A stretch of DNA of 64,000 nt from Eledone cirrhosa (lineage: Eukaryota), in NCBI GenBank assembly GCA_964016885.1, contig OZ024742.1, positions 8,618,001-8,682,000 of the forward strand. The letters are read 5' to 3'. Under the pieces are notes generated by a model. It was not told the DNA's origin, did not search any database, and saw only the letters and a program-made list of their open reading frames with translations. Below, piece after piece: positions 1 through 13,725 of the stretch. The stretch's first letter is position 1. Each line of letters opens with the position of its first letter. The position numbers and the translations under genes were made by a program.

Positions 1-64
1 CCGAGAAACATTTGTAATATGTCCAATAAATTCCTTTCGTCGCAACACTGATTCTCTTTTTTCT

Positions 65-189
<125 letters not shown>

Positions 190-214
190 ATTGAATATAG
201 ATATAGTAAGGAAG

Positions 215-418
<204 letters not shown>

Positions 419-778
419 ATATATCTAGTTGATCAACAGAGGTGACAGTGTTGGTCAACTAGCAGATAACGTAAGATAGCCTAGGACAGAAACATCTAGG
501 ACAGAAACATATCTAAATATGTATGTAAAATCTAATAATTTTTCTTCTCCATTTTATTATTATTCGTATAAATATTCAATTTAACTGCACTTTTCAATTC
601 CCTCATTGAAAAAGCATATACTGCTGAAACCGGTACACGATTAAATGCGGAAATCCTTACTTTATAGATAAATATTTTGATATTATACTGGAAAAAATCC
701 TCCAGCATTTTCTACTGTATTTATTTCCTTTTTAATATTTGTTTATATATATCAACTCGTGTGTCACTTTTCTACATT

Positions 779-823
<45 letters not shown>

Positions 824-884
824 TGAATATGTATGTATGTATGTTTATATATGTATATATGTATGTTATACACCACACAAATAT

Positions 885-900
885 ATCTATCTATCTTTCC

Positions 901-994
<94 letters not shown>

Positions 995-1008
995 ATATCT
1001 CCCTATCT
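885..1008. repeat. (ATCT)n microsatellite, 5' flank of the Tx1 array
   Basis: Tetranucleotide run ending immediately before the first element. Confidence 0.95.
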
Positions 1009-1571
1009 GCCTGACGCGTGAAACATCGCTGGTAAGCTTTTTTGTAAATTTCAATACAAAAAACTGAACAAATTGTTTGAAAAAACATATCATTTTGTCG
1101 ATTAACCCCCAAGCTGAATTGTCAGCTGAGTGGTAATCCAATTTTTTGCCCCTGTAGGGGCGAAAATTTAATTAAAAGTTGTTTTAAAAAATCAAATTTT
1201 GCCAACTATAAAACATCAATAGCTCGGAAAGAACGCTAGAGAACGTCGATAGAGAGAAGAGAGGTAGAGAGTCATATATTAATCTCCTTCTACTATGGAC
1301 GTCGCCATGGATACGACTGTCAACAAAGAGACAAAAATAATATTACCATTTGAAGATTTTAAATTTCTACCATTGAAGCGGAGAAAAATAACACACAAGA
1401 AAACACAGGAATTAAACATATTAACATACATACGCATGAAAAAGACAACAACAACAACTCCATAGATACATCTACACATAAAGTTTCACCTCTCAAGAAA
1501 TTGCGATTTCCAACACCAAGGCTAACAACGATAACAACAACAACAACAACAATAACACCACAAAAAAAAAC

Positions 1572-3080
1572 ATGTCTTTCGCTGAAACAGTGAACAAAAA
1601 ACAAGATTTTATAAATCTTGACATGTCCAATGCAAGAGATATGCTCCAGCAAGTGAGAACATTTGTAACCTTCGAAGACAAGGGTGGGTTTAGAATTAAA
1701 TCACCTCTCGAAATAAAAGAAGAGACAGTTCGAAGGACTGTGACCTTCAGGAATGTCTCCATCACATCGAGAAAGCCAATATGTGTTAGTCAAGGAGACA
1801 TAGAAGCCACCTTGAAGGAGACTATAACAAATATTGACTTCCTTCAACGAGGAAAACAGTACGGAAGTGTTTCCGTACTGTTTAAAAGCGAGGCACTCTC
1901 CCCAAAACATTCTGTGACACCAATGGTGTCAAAAGCATTCACCTTTTTCCCTACGTACATGGGGAAAAGGACACAAAAAAAAATATATATATACCACCAA
2001 ACATTAACATCTGGTGGATCTTGGCTGGCTTCGTGGAACCAGAGACTAATACTATTCTTTCAATACAAAAGTCTATTAGACAAAGGTGGGCGGGTACTGA
2101 TTTGGAGATTCTGATGCAAATGAGGCCGGAGAGAATCTCCAAAATACCCGAAAAAGTCGTCATCAACGACAACAACGAAATAAACATTTCGGTAGAGGGG
2201 TGTAAACTTCATTGCTTTCTCTGTGGTAGCACAGCTCACCTAAAAGCCTCCTGTCCTTCACAAACACACCACAACAACATCATTAAAAAAACACTATTAC
2301 CAACACCAACATCAAAACAACCACCACCACAAGTAAAGCAACAGACGAAACGAGCAAACACACCAACACAAACAGCCACTCAACCAACAACAACAGACAA
2401 CACCCCTGAAGAACACAGCCCCACCCCATCCCACTCCATCAAACACTACCACAAACACACACACCGAAACACCACACATCATACTCCTACCCCACACTCC
2501 TGACGATGATTATTCATTAACAGATGAGGCTGCTTCTTTTCTTTAATTGAAGAAGGAGAGCCTCGGAAATCTAGAGACACCACAAAACCCCCAAAACTCC
2601 AATCACCAACACCAACATACCACCACAGACTCAAACAACAACACAAACAACAACACAAACAACACCACAGTCAAACATCCCCCTACCAACAAAACCAACA
2701 CCAACACCACCCCAAACACAAGCACCCACCATAAAAAGAAAACTCCCGGACGAACAACAAACTAAAACAACACAATAAAATCGCAAACAACAATACGCAT
2801 ACATCAACACAAACAACAAGAGTTTCATGGAGGTCATCTCCCAAAACCCCAAGGTGGAGACTGAGGACAAAACTTTCGTGAAAGCAGAATAGTCTCCACA
2901 CCTAAAACTAATAAGGGTTTCGATAGAAACCTATCAGAAATTGATAGAACAATTTTCGCAGAATGTTGGCAAAAACCTATTAACCGCGTCTTATTAAAAT
3001 GTTTCCCCACCCCACCCAACACCCCTACCAGAACTGAAATGGAGATTGAGCAACCCGATCTCCAAAAAACGAAAAGGTAA
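1572..3080 (+). pseudogene. Tx1 copy A ORF1 (zinc-knuckle nucleic-acid-binding protein), frameshifted
   Basis: ORF pieces 1572-2114 and 2021-2503 are homologous to ORF1 of copy C (SFA...TFFPTYMGK, RPERI, knuckle). Ends ...PDLQKTKR* at TAA 3078-3080. True start is upstream and not resolved. Confidence 0.8.
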
Positions 3081-3121
3081 GTGAACCTTTTCGTCCTTTT
3101 CGCCAACTCTTCACCACCAAC

Positions 3122-4032
3122 ATGGCTAGTTTACGAGTTGGAAGCGTGAATGTGCGTGGCCTAGGGATGCCCTGGAAACAGAGCCAACTTTTAAACGACC
3201 TTCTGTCACACGGTATGGATGTGAAAGCCATCAACGAGTCCAGGATCCACAACAGGCAGCAACTAACCCCCATCTTCGTCTCGCTGACGGAGCTGCAGTC
3301 CTGGGTCAAGAAAAGACCGAAAACGATGGACGCCTGGCACATTAAATGCTCTCAGGCGCTCACAGTCCTCTGGCATGCAGGCGCAATCAGTGGAGACTCC
3401 ACTTCGACATTCTATAGAGGGATTGTACGCTACAAGAGCGACGACGTGCTCGGAGAGACTCTGGGCGTCGAAGACGATGAGATTACCAGTCTGTTTGGTA
3501 GGACTTTCCGCCCGAGACCTATGGACAACTTCCAGAGGTCCCTGGGATAGCCGTGCTACCGAGGAGCTCTACCAGTTCGTGATAAGATCTACAGGCACGG
3601 ACACCCCGGCAGGGATCCTTCAAAGAGGACGTGTCCAAGATGCGCGCAGGACATTGAAACCGTCCTGCACGCAATTGTACACTTCTGTGGAACTATGCAG
3701 AACAACTGTTGTTGCGTATGGGTCAAATCGAGTTGACTGCCGAGTCCATAGTAAGGATCAAACCGCCAGCCTCTTTCAAAAACGAAAGAGAGGCGGTTTT
3801 CCTCTGTACAGTGGCTATGGTGAAAGAAGGTATATGGTGGACGAGATTGAGATGACTGAAGACAGATGCCTTTCTCTCCGGACAACAATTGATTCCCTTC
3901 TTTAAGTATCACTTTAGAAGGAGAATCAGAGTGGAGAGAGAGGCACTGCACCCCAGTAAATTTACTGAAAGGTGGGTAAATGAAGAGAAAATGACCCGAG
4001 TGATTGGGCCTTCTCTGTTTATAAGCCTGTAG
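3122..4032 (+). pseudogene. Tx1 copy A ORF2 remnant (APE N-terminus fused to C-terminal region)
   Basis: ...RQQLTPIF joins directly to VSLTELQSWVKKRP; the whole RT is missing; stops and frameshifts follow. Confidence 0.85.
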
Positions 4033-4265
4033 GTTAAAGAACAGAGCAAAAGGAAGAAAGGAGGACTTGCAGAACACGCTCCTGGAGTTGAGGGTTGTTC
4101 TATCGACGGGGTATTAAACAACCAATTTATAGCGCTTCCTCCCTATTCGGGATTTCGATTGTTGTAATTGTTTGTTTTATATTTTTTTACACGACTGTAT
4201 GTAAAATCCCCGGCATGTCTTTGTATTGTCCACTTTTCTTGTGCGCCCTTGTGGCAAATAAAGAA

Positions 4266-4314
<49 letters not shown>
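4266..4314. repeat. (ATCT)n spacer/tail
   Basis: Lies between copies A and B. Confidence 0.95.
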
Positions 4315-4315
<1 letters not shown>

Positions 4316-5303
4316 GGCGCCTGGCACACCGAGTGTGCCCAGGCGCTCACGGCTCTCTGGCAGGCGGAACCGGCTGTCAGTGGAGAATCCACCTCGTCAT
4401 TCTATAGAGGGCTGGTGGTTAGCAGGTGCGACGACGCCCTCGGAGAAGCCCTAGGCATGGAGGAAGACGAACTGGCCAACCTTTTCGGTAGGACATTCAG
4501 CCCGGGACCCATGGATAACTTCCAGAGGTCTCTGGCCTGGCAATGCTACAGAAGGGCTCTGCCCGTTCGAGAAAGGCTCTACAGACACGGGCGCCCGGGT
4601 AGGGACCCCTCGAAAAAGATCTGTCCCAGATGCGTGTGCGACGAGGAAACCGTTGCACACGCATTGGTACACTACTCGGGCATTGCCGATCTGTGGGGCT
4701 ATGTCGAACAACTGCTGTCAAGGGTGGGACCGATCCGGTTGACCACCCAGTCTATCGTAACGATCAAGCCGCCTCCCCTCTTCAAAAACGAAGAAGAGGC
4801 GGTGTTTCTGTGCGTAATAGCCATGGCGAAAGATTTTGTATGGTGGACGCGTCTGAAAGGACTGAGGTCAGACACCTTTCTCTCTGGCCAACAACTGGTC
4901 CGTTTCTTCCGATATCATTTCGGAAGAAGGATCAGGATGGAGAGAGAGGTGCTGCACCCCAGCCGTTTTTATGAAAGATGGGTGAAAGTGGCGAGAATCG
5001 CCCGTGTGAATGGGCCTTCACTCTACATCAGACTATAGGTGAGGAAGATGAAAGACCAAGGGAGCACCCCTTCTCTGTGCTCCCGAGGAAAAAGGTTGCA
5101 CACTTTTTTTCGGGTGTGTGTGCGATCCCCCAAGGCGCCTCCTTTCTATTGAGGACTTTGTTATAAATTTTTTTTTTGTTACATTTTATTTCCTTTTTAT
5201 ATATTGTTATTGCCTCCTCCTTATTGAGGACGCCTTGTTTTGTAAACTCCCCCCATTGTACTTGTCCCACTTTTGATGCCCTGGTGGCAAATAAAAGAAA
5301 CAT
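4315..5303 (+). mobile_element. Tx1 copy B, 5'-truncated (~1 kb)
   Basis: ORF2 C-terminus (CPRCVCDEETVAHAL) and 3' UTR closely match 10120-11105; AATAAA then (ATCT)n at 5304-5328. Confidence 0.93.
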
Positions 5304-5545
5304 ATCTATCTATCTATCTATCTATCTACGATGGACACATGTGCTGAGCTCGCTCGGTAAGTTTTGTTTAAATTCATCCGGAAATTGTAAACTGTTAACT
5401 TTCATTTTTGTACCATTTTGTAGAGGGACTGCCAGGTCAAATTTTGATCTGGTCGGTCTCTCAAAATATTCTGCGCCTTTGGGCGAAATAGTATTGTAAA
5501 CATTTTATCTTTCGAAAAACTTCGAAAAACCCTATTTTGAGAAAA

Positions 5546-7385
5546 ATGGCTGAAGCATCTTCACCATCAATCAAAGAAGGAAAGGGGAAGTCATACTCAC
5601 AGCTTTCCCTGCCACTGTCACAGCAGCAGATGCCAAAGGCAGAGGTCAGAGAGAGGAAGAATTGTCTTCACCTGTTGACCGACCACTAGATGTAGCCACA
5701 ACTATACAAGAAATTGAAAACAACAACAACAACAACGACAACAACAGCAACAATAAAGACAACAAAAACAACAACAACACAAACGTCACAAGTACCCACA
5801 CACCAAACGAGAAAGACAACAACAACAACAAAGATGAAAACAACTCAAACGACGAGAAACAAAACAATACAAACACCAACAACGAAAACAAAATATCTTT
5901 TGCACAAACGACTAAATTATCAGTCGCGTATGTGCTGGAAGATATTTCAAAAGCAAAAGAAATGCTGGAAAAAGCCAAGAAATATGTATCTTTTGGCGAA
6001 AACGGTTCGTTTTCTATACATTCACCTCCAGAACTAAAATAACAGACGGAATTACGAACTGTCGTATTCCGTACAATTTTAAATAAAACAAAAAAACCAG
6101 CACAACCATCTCAAGCTGAAATTCAATTAGTACTGAAAGAAGCGATGAGAGACATCACATTTATACAAAAGGATAAACTCTATGGGAGTTTATCCATATT
6201 GATGAAAGACGAATTGGCGGCGAAGAAATACTCTGTGTCGCCAATTCGTTCCAAACACTACACCTTCTTCCCCACCTACATGGGTAAAAAAACCCAGAGA
6301 ATATGGATAACCACCATCACCCCAAACATAAACTACTGGTGGTTACTAACCGGTTTCCTCAATCTAGACGAGGACAACCTCATTTCAATAGGAAAGGCAT
6401 CCGGCGACGCGTTCAGTGGAACGAGCATCGAAGTTCTGACCCAAATAAGGCCAGAACGTATCGCCCAAATCCCTGAGCGCGTCATGCTGGATGACCGTAC
6501 CCACCTCAACATTATTGTGGAGGGTAGGCGTCTCTCCTGTTACCTCTGTGGCAATAGAGGTCACCTGAGGGCTGCCTGTCCCCAGCTCACACAGAAAAAA
6601 AAACACTGCTACCAACACCAATACCACCCCAACAACAACAACAAAAACCAACGACACCACCACCACCACCACCACCACCACAACAACAACAACAACAAAC
6701 ACGTGAAAAAAATAACACAGAATACTGTCCCACCCAATCCCTCCCCACCCAAAACAAATACAAAAACACACACACCGCAAACACTACCAGAAAACATACC
6801 CCTCCCACCCAACAAGGAAGACGAACCCCTTTCGTCGCAAGACGAAAAAGATCCCTTCCAACAAGTAAAAAGAAAGAAGAGGAGACGCACCACAGACACA
6901 CATGTAATCTTTACCCCCCCCCCCAAGAGAACACAAACTACACACAACAAACCACCCCTCCCTGTCACACGACACTAACTGCTACACAAAAAAAGACCTT
7001 ACAATATACATACATGAACACAGACAACAAAGAATTACGGAAAACAATTTCAGCAAACCCTTCGGTCCAAACTGAAGGGCCTAACTTTATAACTGCTGTG
7101 GGACTACCTCATTTAAAAATGATAAAAGTCCCAATGAACTTGTACAAAACACTGAAAATAAATTTCACGGAGGACGTGGGACCGCCCTGCGCCAAACCAA
7201 TCAACCGCGTCCTCCTAAAAAATGTCAGCCCCCCACCCCACCCAGACACCCACTCAACCACAAACACCCCAACCCCACAACACACCGATGCCCCTTCATT
7301 TCCACAAACCACCACCCCACCCAACAACCCATCCCCAACCAGCATGGAAATTGAGCGGCCCGTTTCCCGGGACGCAGAGAGGTAA
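5546..7385 (+). pseudogene. Tx1 copy C ORF1 (CCHC zinc knuckle), disrupted
   Basis: Pieces 5662-6042 and 6145-6978 are in the same frame separated by a stop, then 7014-7385. Knuckle CYLCGNRGHLRAAC. ATG at 5546 is an inferred start. Confidence 0.85.
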
Positions 7386-7409
7386 GTGCCTTTTCTCCTT
7401 ACCACCAAC

Positions 7410-10400
7410 ATGGCTGTGAGTAGGGTGTCTAAATGCGCGTGGCCTGGGCTCATCTTGGAAGCAAGCAATGCTTCTAAATGACCTCAGCTCACAATCTATA
7501 AATGTGATGGTCATCTGCGAGGCACGGATCAGCAACATGCGGCAGCTAGCCCCCACCTTTGACGACTTTGAGATGCACGCATCTCTCTGTCAGCCCGGAG
7601 GTGGGGGTGGGGTTGTCGTACTGCTGCAAAAGCATCTGGGCCTTGCAACACAGATAGTTCACTTGGACCCAGGGGGTCGACTGGTGGTGCTGGACCTTGG
7701 CAGTGGTGAAGGTGGAGCCTTTAGGCTGGTAGCCGCATATGCCCCTTTTGGGACAGAGCGGCCCGACTTTTTCCAGCGTCTGGAGTCTTTTCTAGGGACG
7801 TCCCGTTCCCTGCTTTTAGTGGGGGATTGGAATGGTATCCTGGATGCACGTTGGGACTATGCAGGGGCATGTCCCGATAGAGAGGGATGCAACAGCCTCA
7901 AGGGGTTACTCGGCCGATTTGATCTGGCCGATAGATTTCGACTAGATTTTCCGACGGTGCCAACCTGGTCTTGGTCAAATCGCAGCGGATCATCTAGGTC
8001 GTACCTAGATAGGTTTTTAGTTAGAAATAAGGACAGGGACATTTTAAGTTGTCCAGTAATGCTCATGGTTGGCTATTCAGACCACAAGTTGGTGACCTGC
8101 ATGGTCAACCTTGATAGAACGCATAGACAGGGCCCCGGTTACTGGAAGCTCAACTTGTCCTTGCCGGCAAGTGGAGCTTACAGGGATCGGATTAACACGT
8201 TAGTTAAGGAACGGTTGACTGGAGCGATCGTCAACAGCAGGTGGTGGGTATCTCTAAAGAGAGAGATTAGAGTAGTCTCGATAGAATTTAGTAAGGTTCT
8301 AGCTGCGGATAGGAATAGGAAGGAAAGGGAGCTAATAGATAGAGTAGAAGAGGCAATTAAAAGCGGCGACGTGGCCAGAGTGCTAGCGTCGAGAACGGCT
8401 TTGAGCCAGTTTTTCGAGGCGAAGCACGAAGGCTGCGTTGTCCGAAGTAAAATACGTGCTCTAGGGAACGAGGGGACCAAAGCTGTTAGCTGGGCCCGCG
8501 TGACAGAGGCCAACAGTGGAACTAAATCCACCATCCGGTCTTTGCGAGACCTGGATGGACGGGCGATTCTTGAGCCTAGGCAGATGTGTGAGGCCTTTCA
8601 AAGGCACTTTGCCCGATTGCTCGGGAGGGGCGGGGAGACGGTTGGGAACGTGGACTCCGGTCCATACCTCGACGGCCTGCCGCGTCTCTCGGAGAGGGAG
8701 GCGAAGTCCTGCGTGGAGTCGATTTCGGCCGCTGAGATAGAGGACGTGCTGAGCCAATGCGGCAAACGCAACTCCCCGGGTCTCGATGGTCTTCCTTACG
8801 AATTATATCTAGCTAGGCCGGACTTGTTCCCCGATCTCCTCGAGGCGGTCTACTGCAACTGGCAACAGAACGGGAGAATTCCCTGTACTGTGAGCAAGGG
8901 CGTAGTCACGCTAGTGAGGAAGGACGAGAACAAGGGGGACGAAATAAGTAACTTCAGGCCCATAACTCTGCTAAATACAGAGTTACAGATTTTGGCCAAG
9001 GTGCTAGCAAAGAGGTTGGCGCTTGTCGTGGGCAAGCTGGTGGGAGATGCGCAGACATGCGCTATCCCGTCCAGGTCCATCCATGACAACCTCCACCTCA
9101 TGCGATACATCATAGAGAGGGTTGGGAACGAACCCGGCTTTGGTGGGGCTCTGATCAACTTGGATCAATCTAAGGCGTTCGATAGGGTCGACCATGGTTA
9201 CCTGGATGCGGCTCTAGTGGCGGCAGGCTTCGGACCCGTTTTCAGGGGCTGGATCAATGCTATGCACAGCAGCCGCATCTGCGCTAGGGTCAAGGTGAAC
9301 GGCTACCTCTCGGAGCCGTTCAAAATCGCGCGGTCCATCCGACAAGGGTGCCCTCTCTCCTCCCTTCTGTATGTGTTGACTCTCGAGCCACTACTGCGGA
9401 AGTTGGAGTTGTTGCAGGGCATCCCTTTGGAACCGGGATTGCGGAAAGCGGTGTCGGTCTACGCCGATGACGTGACAGTAATGGTGTCGACGGCCTCCGA
9501 AATCGAGGTGGTCGGCACCTTACAGGAGGAGTACGAAAGGTTCACAGGGGCTAAGCTGAACCGGGACAAGTCTATCGGTTTGCAACGCGGCACGTGGAGG
9601 GGCAGACCGATGCCCTCCGATGGCGTCGTCGGACGCTGGACGGAGGGCCCGGTGAAGTTGCTCGGGGTCTGGTTCGGACCGGACCTCCAGGTGGACAAAA
9701 ACTGGGCGGAGGTTACGAACAGGGTGTTTGCACTGACCCAGAAGTGAGCCAGTTGCAAACTATCCCTGAAAGGTCGGGCGGAGGTGACGAACACCTATAT
9801 ACCGTCCGTCATCTACTACCGCCTGACCGTAGTGCCCTGCCCAAGGGAAACCCTCACCAAGATGGTGCGCGCTCTCTTCCAATTCCTTTGGAAGAGGCGG
9901 GCTCCTATGGTGAGGAGATCCATCTGCTGTCAACACCCTTCGAAAGGAGGGCTGGGGATGCCGTGGCTAATGATGCGTAAACACGCATTAAGGCTACGGC
10001 ACCTCTACGTATTCCTCACCGGACAACCGGTGTGGGCCTCGTTTGTGAGACGAACCTTTCCCAGACTCGTCTCACTCACCGAGCTGCAATCCTGGGTCAA
10101 GCAAAGACCGAGAAAACTGGGCGCCTGGCACACTGAGTGTGCCCAGGCGCTCACCGCCCTCTGGCAGGCGGATCCGGTCATCAGTGGAGAATCCACCGTA
10201 ACATTCTATAGAGGCTGGTACGCAGCAGGTGCGACGACGCCCTCAGAGAAGCCCTAGACATGGAGGAGGACGAACTGGCCGGCCTGTTCGGTAGGACATT
10301 CAGCCCGGGACCTATGGACAACTTCCAGAAGTCCCTGGCCTGGCAGTGCTACCGAGGGGCTCTACCCGTTCGAGAAAAGCTCTACAGACACGGGCGCCCG

Positions 10401-10841
10401 GGTAGGGACCCCGCCAAAAAGATCTGTCCCAGATGCGTGTGCGACGAGGAAACCGTTGCACACGCATTGGTACACTGCTCGGGCGTAGCCGATCTGTGGG
10501 GCTATGTCGAACAACTGCTGTCAAGGGTGGGACCGATCCGGTTGACCACCGAGTCTATTGTAATGATCAAGCCGCCTCCCCCCTTCAAAGATGAAGGAGA
10601 GGCGGTGTTTCTGTGCGTAATAGCCATGGGAAAAGAAGTTGTATGGTGGACGCGTCTGAAAGGACTGAGGTCAGACACCTTTCTCTCTGGCCAACAACTG
10701 GTCCGTTTCTTCCGATATCATTTCGGAAGAAGGATCAGGATGGAGAGAGAGGTGCTCCACCCCAGTCGTTTTTATGAAAGGTGGGTGAAAGTGGCGAGAA
10801 TGGCCCGTGTGAATGGGCCTTCTCTTTACATAAGCCTGTAG
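7410..10841 (+). pseudogene. Tx1 copy C ORF2: APE endonuclease + reverse transcriptase + Cys-rich C-terminus, disrupted
   Basis: APE motifs GDWNG, SYLDRF, SDHK; RT motifs NFRPITLLN, DQSKAFDRV, RQGCPLS, YADD. Stop at 9745-9747; frameshifts near 7416 and ~10218. Confidence 0.95.
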
Positions 10842-11593
10842 GTGGAAAAGAGGAAGGAACGAGGGAGCACCCCCTCTCTGTGCTCCTGAGGAAAAGGGTT
10901 GCACACTTTTTTCGGGGGTGTGTGCGACCCCCCAAGGCGCCTCCTCTCTATGGAGGATTTTGTTATGAATTTTATTTTTTGTTATATTTTATTTTATTTT
11001 TATACATTGTTATTGCCTCCTCCTTATTGAGGACGCCTTTTTGTGTAAACTCCCCCCTTTGTACTTGTCCCACTTTTGATGCCCTGGTGGCAAATAAAAG
11101 AAACATATCTATCTATCTATCTATCTATGTATCTATCTATATATATATATCTGAAATGGCCATCAGTGATAATAGTCATTTCTTAAGTAAAAATGAAATA
11201 TCGAAAAGTAGAAATTGTATGAAAAGTTTCAGCTTGCTAAGACATGGAAATCAAACTTTTTACGTCTCACCGAATTAATTTTCTTAACATTTCGTTCAGT
11301 TTAATATTTATGTTGTCTGTTACAAATGTGATCTGTAAACTAGAAACAAGCACAAAACTACCCAGACAATTTATTCTTGTCGTTTCAGCCACAAAAGTGT
11401 TTACTAACGCGAAAAGAATAATTACGAACATAAGCTAAGGCCTCTGTATTTTTACATTTCAATTTGACCTTTAAACACTATAAAGATATGTTGATGAAGA
11501 AAAGATACGGAAGCCACAGTATGTAGATAACAGGCAAGAAAAATAATCGGTATGGGAACAATAACGCCCACCCCCCACGCATATATATATGTG

Positions 11594-11644
<51 letters not shown>

Positions 11645-11713
11645 ATAAATTCAGAACGCGCCATATATAATGAAAGCAGAAATCATTTGCTTAAATTCAA
11701 ATCTGTACTGCTA

Positions 11714-11771
<58 letters not shown>

Positions 11772-11893
11772 CTAAAGAATGAAACAGTTCTAATCCTGTA
11801 GAATCTCTTCTATATTAAAACTGTTATACTCTGCTATGTATTGATTACCTTACTTACTGTAGTTACCTCCGATTCAACCTGGAATAACGTATA

Positions 11894-11940
<47 letters not shown>

Positions 11941-12225
11941 TGGTATCTCAAATTAGTACCATGGAACAACCACTATTATAGACACCATATATATTTCCGT
12001 GGGTACTTAGTACCTACTGGAATATCTATATCATTTATCTGAAAGCTCCTTAATGTTGAGAAAAAATTGTTGTATCATGCTGCTATTTCTAGTAACAAGT
12101 CTATAATTCCCGCTTTTTCTAACGGCCCATTTGTGAGGTGGTCATTTTAACGGCTTGATTCATTCACCGGGCAGAAGGCGATACATCCACATCTACGTGG
12201 ATTTATATCTAGTAGGTTTGGAAAA

Positions 12226-12305
12226 GCTATCTGAAGAGCTATATCTTTCCATTGGAAATTCTCTGAATTTCCAAACTTTTGATTAGTGAAACGGTCGGTC
12301 ATGGC
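12226..12305 (+). ncRNA. Type I hammerhead ribozyme motif with extended stem II
   Basis: Stem I GCUAU/AUGGC; CUGAAGA at 12231; stem II GCUA...UAGU enclosing hairpin UUGGAAAUUC/GAAUUUCCAA; GAAAC-GGUCG-GUC; predicted cleavage after 12300. Confidence 0.75.
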
Positions 12306-12477
12306 ACTAGAAGAGGTACATATTTAAATTGTATTTTAATTTATTTAAAAGATTGTTTAATGTTTACTTTTCCGCTCATATATATATATATAGAAGGCAA
12401 ACAGAAAGAACAACACAATCGGTACAGTATAAGGAAGGCCTATATTAGGTTAACGCTTGATATAGCAGGAAGAGAGT

Positions 12478-12511
12478 CTTAACGTTTCGGACGCTAGTCC
12501 TTCACCAGAAG
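12478..12511 (-). ncRNA. Minimal hammerhead-like motif (core variant CUGGUGA)
   Basis: Minus strand reads CUU-CUGGUGA-A-GGAC-UAGC-GUCC-GAAA-CG-UUA-AG. Confidence 0.55.
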
Positions 12512-12917
12512 AAATAATGAGAAATAAGACAGATTGAGGGGACGGGTGGGTTGGAATGGGAAAAGATGTCTTTAGATAAAAATAACAGGTCCATTCATGT
12601 TGACATCTCTATAATAAATAACTGGCAACCTTTACTTTTGAAATTAATATATTTTATCCTATTAATTTCTTTCTGTGTACTCGTGCATAACACAACATAT
12701 ATTTTTGCCTTCAATTTTAGATCACATTTTCTCCTTATACACCATACACTAGAAAATATGGTCTCTATAGGTATTTGTAAATGTATGTATACCTATACGT
12801 ATATATTCATATATATATTTCTACATATTTACACACGTTAGTGCAGTCTCGGTTACACTCTTTGTATTTATACAGATATAACTTTATATATATATATACA
12901 TACATACATATATATAT

Positions 12918-13725
12918 AGAATTCACAAGAATCAAAGCAAGGTGTTACATGTAATGCAAGCACTTTAAGCGGAATTTAGTTAACGCATTAACTCCCCTTA
13001 ATTACACACCTACTTCCGGGTAATAAACCACTGTGGATTCTCACAGCAGAAAGAATCTATTCTATAAATGTGGATTAAATAACACTGAGCCTCAATACGC
13101 TACAATAATTTAATTTAATGCATCAAACATTCAATACGGAATCATCGTATCTTATGAGAGGGATGTAATAACTATAGCTTCCTTTTTCTGAACGTGAAAA
13201 TGGTGGTGGATACGAAAACTATAACTTTCTTTTTCTTTTTCTTCGTCTTTTTCTTTCTCTGCACACATACTTTTTTGATCTATACAAAAAATACCCTACC
13301 ACTACAACCACCATAATACTCTTGCTTACCCGCTTAAGGTGTTGCATTACATGTAACACCCTGCCACACAATAATCGTATATAAATGAGACACACTTGCA
13401 TGCTCCATGTATAACTAACGCATACACTACCTACTAGATCTGTCTATCAAACTATCCTCCTGCATTATCTGTGTTATCTGCCGAATGTATTTTTATTTTA
13501 ATTTTGATTTTGATTTTGAATGTGAATTGCTGTATAGTATAATATATGTCACTCCACTCTACATCAATGTATATATATGTATCTGTATGCCTCTTGCGTT
13601 GGATAGGAGGCCAACTATATATACAAACATTGAAAAATCCTCCGAAGACCCCAAGCCTAGGTTTGGTTGAAACAATTGTAAGTGAATAAATGCTTTGAAC
13701 ATAGCTTTGACTCTTGTGAATTCTA
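12918..13725. mobile_element. Penelope-like relic with inverted ends and a degenerate hammerhead
   Basis: agaattcacaagaatcaaagc (12918) is inverted as gctttgactcttgtgaattct (13704). CCGAAGA-stem-GAAAC-AAUU-GUA at 13642-13680 is followed by AATAAA. Confidence 0.5.

Larger units (their letters stand above)
1009..4265 (+). mobile_element. Tx1/L1-clade non-LTR retrotransposon copy A, internally deleted and degenerate
   Basis: Starts after (ATCT)n. Broken ORF1 with CCHC knuckle CFLCGSTAHLKASC; ORF2 start MASLRVGSVNVRGLG; ORF2 C-terminal remnants; AATAAA at 4257 followed by an (ATCT)n tail. Confidence 0.9.
5329..11105 (+). mobile_element. Tx1 copy C, full-length (~5.8 kb), mildly degenerate
   Basis: 5' UTR, ORF1, ORF2 (APE-RT-Cys-rich), 3' UTR, AATAAA, with (ATCT)n on both sides. 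Confidence 0.95.

Noticed and set aside
885-11140. CRISPR-like or telomeric interpretation of the repeat-spacer layout
   Set aside because: The 'spacers' are kb-long retrotransposons and the repeats are simple microsatellites; no cas genes or TTAGGG arrays.
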